Of a stretch of DNA of 57,792 nt, positions 35,194-45,800 are shown piece after piece (the first letter of the stretch is position 1; each line of letters starts with the position of its first letter). The notes below the pieces were generated by a model. That model saw nothing but the letters and a program-made list of their open reading frames with translations, was not told the origin of the DNA and did not search any database. Source of the DNA: a virus (Duplodnaviria > Caudoviricetes). Location: the IMG/VR virus record IMGVR_UViG_3300043420_000463, positions 1 through 57,792 of that record, one strand, 5' to 3'. Both the position numbers and the translations under genes were made by a program.

Positions 35194-35919
35194 ATGTCTA
35201 CACCATTACCTACTTTGTCTGTGCCAACTTTCGAGTTGACACTACCATCGACGGGAAAGACAATTAAATACAGACCATTCCTAGTCAAAGAAGAAAAGAT
35301 TTTGCTTCTTGCTATGGAATCTGAAGACGAAAAGATGATTGAGAATGCTGTTAGAGATATTCTCAAGTCATGTATTCAAACCAGAGGGATTAAGATCGAT
35401 AGTTTGGCATCGTTTGATCTCGAATATCTATTTCTTAAGATTAGAGCAGTATCTGCTGGTGAAACTGTACAGATGAAAGTTACTTGCTTGGATGATAACC
35501 AAACACAAGTATCTGTCACTGTAAATTTAGATGATGTTAGTGTACAGAAGCCAGAAGGTCATACTAATAAGATTATGCTTCAGGATAACATTGGCATGAT
35601 CATGAAGTATCCTGGTGTAGATCAATTTATTAACATCACCTTATTAAATAAAGACTTAACCACCACAGAAGAATTGTTTAAAGTTATTGCTGGATGTGTG
35701 GATCAAATCTTTCAAGATGAGGAAGTCTGGGACTCTGCTGATATGAAACAGGAGCAGATCATTGAGTTTTTAGAAGGCATGACTCCACAACAGTTCGAAA
35801 CTGTACAAACATTCTTCGAAACTATGCCTGTTCTTAAGCACCAGTTTAAAGTTACCAATCCAAATACTGGTGTCGAATCTACATACACGTTGGAGGGTCT
35901 ACAATCTTTTTTCGGATAA
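35194..35919 (+). CDS. gp26: Baseplate hub assembly protein gp26-like
   Basis: LPSTGKTIKYRPFLVKEEKILL, FDLEYLFLKIRAVS, LEGLQSFF. Confidence 0.9.
   Translation: MSTPLPTLSVPTFELTLPSTGKTIKYRPFLVKEEKILLLAMESEDEKMIENAVRDILKSCIQTRGIKIDSLASFDLEYLFLKIRAVSAGETVQMKVTCLDDNQTQVSVTVNLDDVSVQKPEGHTNKIMLQDNIGMIMKYPGVDQFINITLLNKDLTTTEELFKVIAGCVDQIFQDEEVWDSADMKQEQIIEFLEGMTPQQFETVQTFFETMPVLKHQFKVTNPNTGVESTYTLEGLQSFFG
35892..35913 (+). promoter_or_regulatory. Predicted -1 frameshift signal gp26 to gp51
   Basis: GGAGG, 10 nt, T TTT TTC; the -1 frame is open into gp51. Confidence 0.6.
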
Positions 35920-35921
35920 GC

Positions 35922-36098
35922 ATGTTCTATAATACTCTAGAGAATTATTATAGAACAAACTTCTCTCTCATGCAGCACCATAAATATAGCTTGACAGAGA
36001 TTGAAAATATGATGCCTTGGGAGAGAACTGTGTATGTTTCCCTATTGAATAATTGGATTAAAGAACAAGAAGAAGCTAGGAAAGCAGCACAAAAATGA
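35922..36098 (+). CDS. gp51: Baseplate hub assembly catalyst gp51-like (58 aa, missed by the ORF track)
   Basis: MFYNTLENYYRTNFSLMQHHKYSLTEIENMMPWERTVYVSLL... Confidence 0.85.
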   Translation: MFYNTLENYYRTNFSLMQHHKYSLTEIENMMPWERTVYVSLLNNWIKEQEEARKAAQK

Positions 36099-39000
36099 TT
36101 CCACCAAAGGCAATCAAGAAGATTAAGAATGATGCCCACAGGGAGATAGTTGTTGGGCACTTGATTGCCTATGGTTTCTTCCCAAGTACTAGTGAAGGTA
36201 TAGATCAAGCAAAGAAATTTGTTGCTGGATTAGATCAGTGGATTGCTCCATCTGATCTGCCAAATTATTATGATGATCTAGAAAGTGATCTAATGACTGG
36301 CAGAGAGACTGCTGGTATCGTGAACATCAGAATGATCTTGGAAGATTTTTACTTTGGTGGTGGTAGTGGACTCTCGGCACAAGAATCCGAACCAGAAAGC
36401 ATACCTGTCGAGGTAGAAATTGTTGAGGTCGAGCAAAAAGAACCAGACGAACCTATTGTAATTCAAGTTGAAGCTCCATTTGAAAATCCTACTAACCCAA
36501 ACAAGCGCCGTAGAATCAGAGCAAAGAGAATTAAAAATACTATCAAGGTAAATCGTCAGAAGAAAAAAGATCTTGCCACTAGAATGGCAGATGCTTTTGA
36601 TAGAAATCTTGAAGACTTAATTGATAATATCAGAAACCCAAAGGCACCAGCGCCACCAAAAACTAGAAGAAAAAAGAAGCAAGTTCTAGTACAGAAGCGT
36701 GCCAAGAAAGTAGCAGCAAAATTTGACACAAAAGATCCAAATAAAGCGGCAACATTTAATGAGTTCTTAGGAATCAAACTCAAGAATGCTTTTGGACGTG
36801 CTGCTGAAGCCAGAAGATTAGCAAAAGAATCTGGTGCGGAACCCCAGGGTAGAGGATATTTTTTAAAGAAAGCACTTGGGTTTGAATTTGGTGGCGATAA
36901 GATTGCTAGATTAAAAGGTACATTCTCTAAGAATCCTGCTGCTGTAAATGATCCAGCACTTTCTAGAGATCAAAGATTCTTAGCTGGCATTGGTAGTGAC
37001 ATCACTCCACCACCAGTAAGACAACCAGAACTATTTGACACTAGTAAGTATGCCAGAACTGGTGTCAGTAAAGTATTCAGTGATAATTTAGATCGATTAA
37101 AAGAATCTTTCAACAAGGTAGAGAAGAGATTTAACGATGTAATCTCTATCAAAAAGAACAAAGCAGATAATAACGATGCCTTAAGTGGCATGGCTAAAAC
37201 TGTAGAATCTTTAAAGAATATTCTTAAGAAGAATAATAAAGTTCAATCTGATATTAACAAGACTAAAGACAAGCAGTTAGATTTCTTACAAGAGTTAGCA
37301 GAAGAAACTCAGGCTGGTTTAGAAGAAGCAAGTATTGAAGAGACTGTAGATAATTCTGATGTAATTAAACCTAGCAAACCAGAGTTCTTGAAAGACAAAG
37401 GTGGTGCTGGTGATGATGAAGATGATGATGGGGGTGGCGGCGATGATGATGGGGGTGGTGGCGGACTCTTTGATTTCGTTGACTTCTTTGATAGAAAGAA
37501 AAGAAAGAGACGTAGGAGAAGGAGACGTGGACCTAGAGGAAGAGGTCCACGTGGACCTAAAGGTGGTGGTCCAAAAAAACCTGGACCGTTAAGAAGATTT
37601 AAAGACTTCATGGGTAGAGGTGCTGATAAAGCAAAGGACGTACTATCAAAAGGAAAGAATGCTGGTGGAAAACTGTTATCTAAAGGTAAAGGTCTAGCCG
37701 CTGGTACGCTAGCAGCAGGAACTGGGTTACTTGCAACTGCTAACAGAGGTGTTAAAAGTTTTGGAGACAACGCTCTCAATATAGGAAAGGGAGCGATGAA
37801 TTGGTTTACCGATAGCCCTGTTGCCAAGAGAATTGGTTTGGCATCAGGTAAGTTCGGCGGTAGAATGGTTCCTGGTGTTGGTACGGCATTCAGTGCTGCT
37901 GATGCGGCAGACAGGGCTTCTCGTGGCGATAAGATCGGGGCATGGTTGGCAGGCACTGGAGCGGTTTCTGGTGCCGCTACAGTTGCCACTAGTGGAGCTG
38001 CTCTTACTGGTTGGGGAGCACTGGTGCCAGCGGCAACCGAACTCACATCAGCAGTAGCAGACGTTGCTTTGTTTGGATATGATATTTTCAATGCTATTAC
38101 TGGAAGAGACCCAGGAGGACAACAGAGAGAAAAATTAAACGCTGGTGGGGTAGTTCCTGCTCAGATTGGTGAAGCTGGTCCTGAGATGTTGATTAGGAAT
38201 GGAGGAGCAACTGGAGGAGGAATGAATCCACTACAGTCACTAGCACCAATGATTGTTGCTCTACGTGAGGTCACAAAACGTGCTGGAACTTGGGCAGATC
38301 CTATTGAGAACATGGTGAGACAGGTTACAGATCCCATCGCTAAACAATTAAACTTACCAGTGCTTCCTGTTGACAGCAAACTAGGAGAGGTTAAAGCGGG
38401 AGCAATTAAACCAGAAGATGAGTTTGGTTTCTTTGGTAAGTTATTTGGTTTTGGTAGACGTGGTGAAGACGGGGAAGGTGATGGTAGTACCACAGGATCT
38501 GACAACAGTACTGTTCCTATTACTGGCATACCTTTGGGAGAAAGTCAGACAGCTCAAGCAGGACAATTAGTTTCTGGTTTAGTATCAAGAGGATTTACTA
38601 AAGAAGAAGCAGCTGCTATCGTAGGCAACTTGTGGGCAGAATCTGGGTTCAGAACTGGTGCCGTCAATCCATCTTCGGGTGCTTATGGTTTGATGCAATG
38701 GTTGGGTGGTAGAAAGAATCGTTTAGTACAGTTTGCTCAGGAGAAAGGTAAATCTCCTGCTGATCTAGATCTACAGTTAGATTACATTGCTTGGGAATTA
38801 AAAGGTGGAAACCCATACGAAACCAAACAATTTGAAAAGGCAATGGCATATGGTACATCCATTGCCGACAAGACTAGAGGATTTGCCCAGGAGGTTGAGA
38901 GAGCTGGGGCACATGAACTAGCATCTTCCATGGCAAAAAGAGTTGGCGCTGGAGAATCTGCTTTTAATGCTGTAGCAGTCGCTCCACCACCAGGAGCAGC

Positions 39001-39226
39001 ACCACCACAGCAACCAAATAATTTGTTCCTCAACCCATCTCCACAGCAACAAACTCCATCGCCACTACTTCCACCAGCAGCTCCCGCTAATCCATCACTG
39101 GCGATATTAAATATGCCAGCTGTATCACAACCAAGCGGCACATCCAAACCAGCACCGAGACCAGCAACTCCTGCTTTGTTTGACTGGTCTAAAGCTGTTA
39201 AAGATGCTCGTCTGAGCAACAACTAA
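36095..39226 (+). CDS. Hub/tape-measure-like protein with C-terminal tail-lysozyme domain
   Basis: Coiled-coil and Gly/Ala-rich hydrophobic segments, IGEAGPE, AAAIVGNLWAESG...GLMQW. Confidence 0.75.
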   Translation: MIPPKAIKKIKNDAHREIVVGHLIAYGFFPSTSEGIDQAKKFVAGLDQWIAPSDLPNYYDDLESDLMTGRETAGIVNIRMILEDFYFGGGSGLSAQESEPESIPVEVEIVEVEQKEPDEPIVIQVEAPFENPTNPNKRRRIRAKRIKNTIKVNRQKKKDLATRMADAFDRNLEDLIDNIRNPKAPAPPKTRRKKKQVLVQKRAKKVAAKFDTKDPNKAATFNEFLGIKLKNAFGRAAEARRLAKESGAEPQGRGYFLKKALGFEFGGDKIARLKGTFSKNPAAVNDPALSRDQRFLAGIGSDITPPPVRQPELFDTSKYARTGVSKVFSDNLDRLKESFNKVEKRFNDVISIKKNKADNNDALSGMAKTVESLKNILKKNNKVQSDINKTKDKQLDFLQELAEETQAGLEEASIEETVDNSDVIKPSKPEFLKDKGGAGDDEDDDGGGGDDDGGGGGLFDFVDFFDRKKRKRRRRRRRGPRGRGPRGPKGGGPKKPGPLRRFKDFMGRGADKAKDVLSKGKNAGGKLLSKGKGLAAGTLAAGTGLLATANRGVKSFGDNALNIGKGAMNWFTDSPVAKRIGLASGKFGGRMVPGVGTAFSAADAADRASRGDKIGAWLAGTGAVSGAATVATSGAALTGWGALVPAATELTSAVADVALFGYDIFNAITGRDPGGQQREKLNAGGVVPAQIGEAGPEMLIRNGGATGGGMNPLQSLAPMIVALREVTKRAGTWADPIENMVRQVTDPIAKQLNLPVLPVDSKLGEVKAGAIKPEDEFGFFGKLFGFGRRGEDGEGDGSTTGSDNSTVPITGIPLGESQTAQAGQLVSGLVSRGFTKEEAAAIVGNLWAESGFRTGAVNPSSGAYGLMQWLGGRKNRLVQFAQEKGKSPADLDLQLDYIAWELKGGNPYETKQFEKAMAYGTSIADKTRGFAQEVERAGAHELASSMAKRVGAGESAFNAVAVAPPPGAAPPQQPNNLFLNPSPQQQTPSPLLPPAAPANPSLAILNMPAVSQPSGTSKPAPRPATPALFDWSKAVKDARLSNN

Positions 39227-39249
39227 ATACTTGGGGTATAGTATAACAA

Positions 39250-41493
39250 ATGGCTAGTTCCACCGTTAGTTATAAAAAAGCAGACACAGGAGATCTGGCA
39301 GGATATCTTGCTGGTAAAGTTAAGTCTGCTGCGGGGATGGCAGCAGAGGAAAGAAAGAGTAGAGACGAAGAAGTAAAAGCATTAGAAAAAGAAATTTCAC
39401 ATCTCGAATCGAAAGAACTTCTTTCTGATGATCAGCGACAAAGATTAGATGATGCTAAATCCAGATTTAATTTTTTAACAGAGCAACAATCTGGCAGGAA
39501 GGGATCTTTTTTTGGTAAAGCATTAGCATCTGAATTTGGTGGAGATAGATTCAGGAGAATGAAAGGTACTTTCTCCAAAGATCCTGCTGCTGAGAACGAT
39601 CCAGCATTATCGAAAGGAGAAAGGTTTACTGCTCTATTAAACAAAGCAGAAGAACCAGTTAAACCAGAGTCTCCCTACACTCAATTGTCTCTGCCAGGAA
39701 TGGAAAGTGAGGGAGGTAATGGTTTACAAACGTTTTTAGATAGAACATTCAAGACTGTTGCCGCTTCTTATGATAGAATTGCTGATAAAGTTTCCGCTTT
39801 AGGAGCAGCAGAGAAAGAATCTGTACAGCAAGATGCCAACAACAATAAGTTTCTTAATAGTATATCGTCGGGTTTAAAATCGTTCAAAGAATATTTTTCT
39901 AAAGACAATAAACTCAAGCAACAAGAAAATAATATTGAAATTGAACAGCTAGAGTTAAACATCGAGCAGAAAGAAGAAGCAGACATGGCCTCTGCTGAAG
40001 CAAGATTAGAAGCAGAGAAAGATACTAGTACAGTCAAGCAAGTTCGTACACCTTATGGTGGTGGAGGAGAAGACCCCATGGGAGGGGGAATCTTCGATAG
40101 GTTATCAGGATTCATGAATTTCCTGAGTGATATGGGTGGGGGAATGCTAGACTACGTTGATGAGAAACGTAGTACTCGTCGTAAACCACCAAGAAAATCA
40201 CCAGCAACGCCAAGAAAAACTCCCCAAAAGAAACCTAGATTTAGACTACCATTTAGAAGAAAATTTGCTGAAGGTGGTGTCTATGATAATCCAACTAACG
40301 TTGGATTGAACCCAGGAGATTCAGTTATCCCACTGAACAGAAATAACGCTCTGTCTAAAGTATTTAAAGGTGCTGGTAGCAAAGCAGATACCAGCATGGT
40401 AACTCCAATGTCACAAGTTATGCAACTACCAGCTCAAGTTGGTGGTGGTCTGCTGCTTGGATTGCTGTCACAAACTATCAATAAACTTGGCGGAGTTTCT
40501 ACAATATTAAAACCTATCATTGGTAAGATTGCTCAACCTTTAGCATTAGCATTTGGACTGCCTGCTACTATTGTTGGGTCGATGTTTGGAGGATCTGCTC
40601 AAGCAGCAACATTCGATCCCAGTTCTTATTTGAGTGGTGCTGCTACTGGTGGTGGGGGTGGTAGAGGTCGTGGTCGTGGAGCAGGAGCAAACCCACCAGG
40701 AGCTGGACCTGTTACACCAACAGGAACAATTTCTGCTGCTCCAACTGGAAACGAAACAGGTCTTCAATCATTAAGTGGTGGCACCCCAACTACAATAGCA
40801 GCTGGTTCTACGGTATCAAATACCCAACTACATCATGGAAAAGAAGACATGAGACGTGGGTTTAGGGTACGTGATTATTTTATTGGCGGCAAGAGTGGTC
40901 CTAGTGATGGTAGCGATGGACTTGGCGCTAAATTATACACACCACTGGGATTTGGTCCTGTAAAATATAAGAAATTAGACGCTCATGGTATAACATTCCA
41001 CGATCCACAGACAGATCAGAAAGTTGGTATGTATTATCACGTTAATGATCCACAACATCATCTAGATGGTCAAGTACTACAACCAGGAACACTAGTTGGT
41101 ACACAGGGAGGATTGCCTGGAACTCCTTCCGCTAATCCAGGAAGTAGTTCTGTTCACTTACACGTAGAGGGTACAGATCAATTCCACAATGCTGTTATTG
41201 CTACATATGCTGGCGGAAATGTATTGAAAGCACCTGGAGTTCATAGTCAGGTAGCAGCAGCAAACCCAGCAGCTACTGGTACTAGAAATGGTTTGGGATT
41301 GACTGCTCAACCCACTGCTGGGACCCCACAAATGCCACCACCTGCTGCTAATGGTCAGCAAGCATTGGCAAATATTATTGCTATGAATACGCAGAGAGAA
41401 GCACAACAGAAACAAGGTTTAGGTTTAACCAATCAATTTCCTGTGTCTAATGCTCTAACAACACCAAACTATTATGGAGGCACTGGTTGGTAA
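39250..41493 (+). CDS. Paralogous hub/tape-measure-like protein with M23-peptidase-like C-terminus
   Basis: Shared EFGGD..GTFSK.PA..NDPALS block; YYH...GTLVGTQG...SSSVHLHVE. Confidence 0.65.
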   Translation: MASSTVSYKKADTGDLAGYLAGKVKSAAGMAAEERKSRDEEVKALEKEISHLESKELLSDDQRQRLDDAKSRFNFLTEQQSGRKGSFFGKALASEFGGDRFRRMKGTFSKDPAAENDPALSKGERFTALLNKAEEPVKPESPYTQLSLPGMESEGGNGLQTFLDRTFKTVAASYDRIADKVSALGAAEKESVQQDANNNKFLNSISSGLKSFKEYFSKDNKLKQQENNIEIEQLELNIEQKEEADMASAEARLEAEKDTSTVKQVRTPYGGGGEDPMGGGIFDRLSGFMNFLSDMGGGMLDYVDEKRSTRRKPPRKSPATPRKTPQKKPRFRLPFRRKFAEGGVYDNPTNVGLNPGDSVIPLNRNNALSKVFKGAGSKADTSMVTPMSQVMQLPAQVGGGLLLGLLSQTINKLGGVSTILKPIIGKIAQPLALAFGLPATIVGSMFGGSAQAATFDPSSYLSGAATGGGGGRGRGRGAGANPPGAGPVTPTGTISAAPTGNETGLQSLSGGTPTTIAAGSTVSNTQLHHGKEDMRRGFRVRDYFIGGKSGPSDGSDGLGAKLYTPLGFGPVKYKKLDAHGITFHDPQTDQKVGMYYHVNDPQHHLDGQVLQPGTLVGTQGGLPGTPSANPGSSSVHLHVEGTDQFHNAVIATYAGGNVLKAPGVHSQVAAANPAATGTRNGLGLTAQPTAGTPQMPPPAANGQQALANIIAMNTQREAQQKQGLGLTNQFPVSNALTTPNYYGGTGW

Positions 41494-42884
41494 TGGCAAA
41501 TAAGAATACAAAATCTATTGAGATTAGAGAAGCGGCTTTATTCAGTGTCAATGATGAACGTTTTGATATCACAGCATCAGTTGCTGCTTTTTTCTATTAT
41601 GAAAATATCTTCACACCTTTTGTCAGTGCTGCTATGAACATGGTTGACTCTGGAAGTAACTTGATTGGTACGTTACCGATTCAAGGTGGGGAGAGAGTTA
41701 CTATTAGAATCAAGGACAGTAGTGATGAAGAATTTGAGTATGAATTGTACGTGTGGAAGGTATACAATAGACAGTTCAGTAAGAGTGCTCAAACATATAA
41801 CCTAGCATTGATTTCTAAAGAAGCATTGTACAATGAAGGAGTAAGAATAACTGAGATTTTAAAAGGAACACCAGACTCGGTAGTTGAAAAAATTCTTACC
41901 GAATATCTTCAAACAGAAAAAGAAATTAACAAGAAGAATTGTAAGTATCAGGTTAACTTCTTCCCTAACGGAAAAAAAGCACATTCAATTATACAATCAT
42001 TACAACACAAGTCCGTTCCACAATCATCTAGTTCACCAAAAGGTTCTACTAACAAAACAACTGCTGGCGGAAAGAGCGGTCTCTCTGGAGACACTCAGAA
42101 AACATCTGGCACTGCTGGATATCTTTTCTTTGAGAATAAAGATGGATTTCATTTCAATCCAATTGATTATTACTACAGCACAGGCGATGATGCTTTTGGT
42201 GGAGAGGCAGAAGTTGCTACCTATGAGGTCAAGCCCTCAAAAGATGGAGATAGATTTATCATCGAAGAATATAATTTTGATAATGAAATTGACTTGATAG
42301 AACAGATGAGAAGTGGTACATTCTCTAGTCATATAGTGTTTTACAATTTTTCAACTGGACAGTATGAAGAATATCGTCACAGCTTAAAAGAATCTTTTGA
42401 TGGCATGGCACATCTTGGTAGTCAATCTAAACTAGGTTTAATACAAGAAACATTATCAACTAATCCAGCTAGAGTTATGTCTATGATTGTCGATCACGAA
42501 ACGTGGTTCTCTGGTGATGGTCCTGGTTCTAATGAAGACAGAGACAACACTGGTGGGCAAGGATCTCCATTCCCAGACTATCAAAAGCATTACATTGCTC
42601 AGGGTATTGCCAGAAGAAACTATATGATTAATCAAAAGCTAGAGATTCAAATTCCAGGTAACATGAATCTCAAAGTAGGAGATAAAATTAAGGTTATGCT
42701 ACCCAACATGGTAGCACAGAAAGCTAGAGAGACTGAGAAATATGATAGAGAAAACAGCGGAACTTATTTGATCTCTGCTCTTTCTCATAACAATGCCTTT
42801 CTAAATAGTAACACATGTACTACAAAGTTGGAATTGATTAGAGATACTAGCGGCATGAAAGAGTACACCAGTAATGTAAAGTGA
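41493..42884 (+). CDS. Baseplate hub protein (gp27-like)
   Basis: YYENIFTPFV, LPIQGGE, YLFFEN.DGFHF, IPGNMNLKVGD, SGTYLI; precedes gp5. Confidence 0.7.
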   Translation: MANKNTKSIEIREAALFSVNDERFDITASVAAFFYYENIFTPFVSAAMNMVDSGSNLIGTLPIQGGERVTIRIKDSSDEEFEYELYVWKVYNRQFSKSAQTYNLALISKEALYNEGVRITEILKGTPDSVVEKILTEYLQTEKEINKKNCKYQVNFFPNGKKAHSIIQSLQHKSVPQSSSSPKGSTNKTTAGGKSGLSGDTQKTSGTAGYLFFENKDGFHFNPIDYYYSTGDDAFGGEAEVATYEVKPSKDGDRFIIEEYNFDNEIDLIEQMRSGTFSSHIVFYNFSTGQYEEYRHSLKESFDGMAHLGSQSKLGLIQETLSTNPARVMSMIVDHETWFSGDGPGSNEDRDNTGGQGSPFPDYQKHYIAQGIARRNYMINQKLEIQIPGNMNLKVGDKIKVMLPNMVAQKARETEKYDRENSGTYLISALSHNNAFLNSNTCTTKLELIRDTSGMKEYTSNVK

Positions 42885-42885
42885 T

Positions 42886-45800
42886 ATGGATCCAGCATTA
42901 TCTTCCTTATTCCCAATACATCAGATAGGTTCGGACGGATTCGCTTGGTGGATTGGTCAAGTAGAATCTAACAAAGGGGAAGACCCAAAAAATTCTGGTA
43001 GATATCGTGTACGTATTGTCGGTCAACATTTAAAAGATTGTGACGCTACACCAACAGATCAGTTGCCTTGGGCAAATGTGATGATGCCTGTCACTACTCC
43101 ATGGTCTGATGGTGGTGTTACTGGTGCCACAATAGATCTGAGACAAGGCAATTGGGTCATGGGTTGTTATCTCGATAACGACAGACAAAAACCATTAATC
43201 ATGGGATCTATTGGTCACACCGCTGGTGCTACCAAGAAAGAAAATGTAGAGAAAGATCCATCACCAGGAGAGACTTGTAAATCTTTTACTACATTTTTAA
43301 GTCCAAATATTAATCCTCAGCTACACAAGGCAATGCCCTCTAGTGAAAAGAGGAATGGAGATTCACCAGCACAATCTACAACAGCAGAAAATACTGGCAC
43401 TACTGATGTAGGAGAAGCGGGACAGATTGCTGCCGCTGTTAAAGATAGAATGCCCCCAGCATTTTATGGTTTGTTTGCTGAAGCATCGACAACAAATCCA
43501 ACAGGTAATAAAGTATGTGTAGAGATTGCCAATCCAAATTGTGGATCTGAAAATGATTTAAAAGGTGGACTGACAAATATTATTGGAGAAATGCTGAAAG
43601 CAACTCAGCAATCTGGTGGTAACTTAGGAACGTTTTATGTTAGTAAAATCAATGGAGAATTAAACAACTACATTGATCATGGTATGCAATATGTTAACAA
43701 AGCAGTACGTCTTGTTAAGAGTTTTGTTGCTCGTGTTAAAGGAGAGATTGTAAAACTAATTCGTGAGGGTGTTGATAAGTTAGTCGAGTTAGTTCTTTAT
43801 ACTAAAGTAGCAGAGGAAGCGGTAGAAGAAGGAGAAGAAGCAGCAGAACCATCACAGATTGATCAGGTAGAAGAAGCAGAAGAACCAGCAACTAAGAAGG
43901 AGAGTAGATTAAAACCAATTCTTGATGTTATCAATGATGTTCTTGATGATCTTGGTTGCTCGATGGCAGATTTAACAGAGCAACTAGCTCAATGGTTGAC
44001 TGATCTTCTGCTAGGTTATTTGATGGATGCTTTCTCCAATGCTGCTTGCTTGGTCGATAACGTGGTCAATGGAATCATTAATCAAATCCTCGCTTTCATT
44101 GACAATCTATTACAAAATGTTCTCGGACCTCTACAGGAAATCCTCGCTCTACTGGCAGCACCTTTAGATATTATTGGTAATGCTATCAATAAAGTCTTAT
44201 CTCTCTTAGGAATTTCTTGTGACGGACCAGGAACTCAGTGTGAAAAAGTAACAAAAGAATGTACCGATTGTTCCACTGGAGAAAATGAAGATTGGTTAGA
44301 TAAATTAATCGATGCCATTGAAGGGGGAGCAACTGATAATTCAACCTATGTTTGTGACGAAGCAAAGAACACTTCTGTTTTAGATAATCTTCCTGATACT
44401 TCTATTGATTTTGTTGGTGGAACACGTCCCAATCCATCAACCACAGATCCTGACTCTGGTAGTGGTGTTCCTGGAGAAACATTAATCAGATATAGTTCTG
44501 CTGATATTGAAGTAACGGAAGGGGAGCAGGCTATCTTTGTCATCACTAGATCTGGAAATGTAACCACGGCTTCTAGTGTTACTGTCAGTGTATATCCTGG
44601 TACTGCTACAGAAGGCACCGACTTTGCCAGAATTTCTTCTGGTAGTTCAATTGGTTTTGCTCCTGGAGAAACTACTAAGCAAATTGTATTCGAAACTTAT
44701 AGAGATTCACAGACAGAAGGCCCAGAAGAATTTCAAATTAGACTGGCAGAGAATGTGACGCCAGAGGGATACGTAACATCGTTTGGTGGATCATCAGCAT
44801 ACTCTACAGCATACACCTGTACAATCTTAGATTACACTACCGAGTCTCTATCACCACCATCTGGATCTGGACCATCAGCACCATACTCTCCACCTTCTAG
44901 AACAACTGTTAATCCAATACAAGTTAGACCAGTAACAGGATCTATCACACCACCAAGACCTGTATTCTCAGTCACTACAGATCAAATCTATTATTCCGAG
45001 GGTGATACTATTAGATATCGTATCACTACACAGAACGTCACTAACCCTGGACCATATACTTACACTTTAGATGGTGACATTGATGCTAATGATATTGCTA
45101 GCGGAAACTTGACGGGCAACTTTACATTAGATACTAATGGCAATGCTACTATTGATATACAATTAGCAGTCAATGATGATGTTGAAGAAGTATTAGATGA
45201 TGAAGGTAACGTAGTAAATAATGGAGTTGATCCTATTGAAAATATTACATTCTATATTGATAACACTCCAGCTTATGCTAGTGCTTTCATTTTAGCAGAT
45301 AACGATCCACTTGTCACTGATGCCGCTTGGTTCGTTACGAGTGATGTAAACTACGTTAGGGAAGGAGAGACAGTTACTTTCACTGTAACCACAAGAAATA
45401 TTCCAGACGGAACAAACTTTACCTATGCTCTGGTTGGTAACGTAGATCGTACTGATATTGTTGGGTATAGATTAGAGTCTTCAGTTGATTTTAATGCCGT
45501 GCCTCTACAAATTGTCAACGGTCAGTGTGTAATTCCAATTACAATTGCTGGAGATCGTATTATTGAAACAACTCCAGAATATTTCGACTTTACTATCAGA
45601 TCCTACATTGATGCTGAAGGAAACACACAGACAGTTGAGAATGTAAGTAGTCAGGTTATCATTCTTCCTGATACTGATGGTGATGTCGATGGAGATGGAA
45701 CCACACCATCGTTCGTTGTATCTACAGACAAATTAACATACGACGAAGGAGAAACGATTGTATATACAATCAGAACAAGCAACGTTCCTAATGGTACTGT

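Noticed and set aside
37423-37464. 21-nt tandem duplication GATGATGATGGGGGTGG
   Set aside because: In-frame Asp/Gly linker expansion with no sign of separate function
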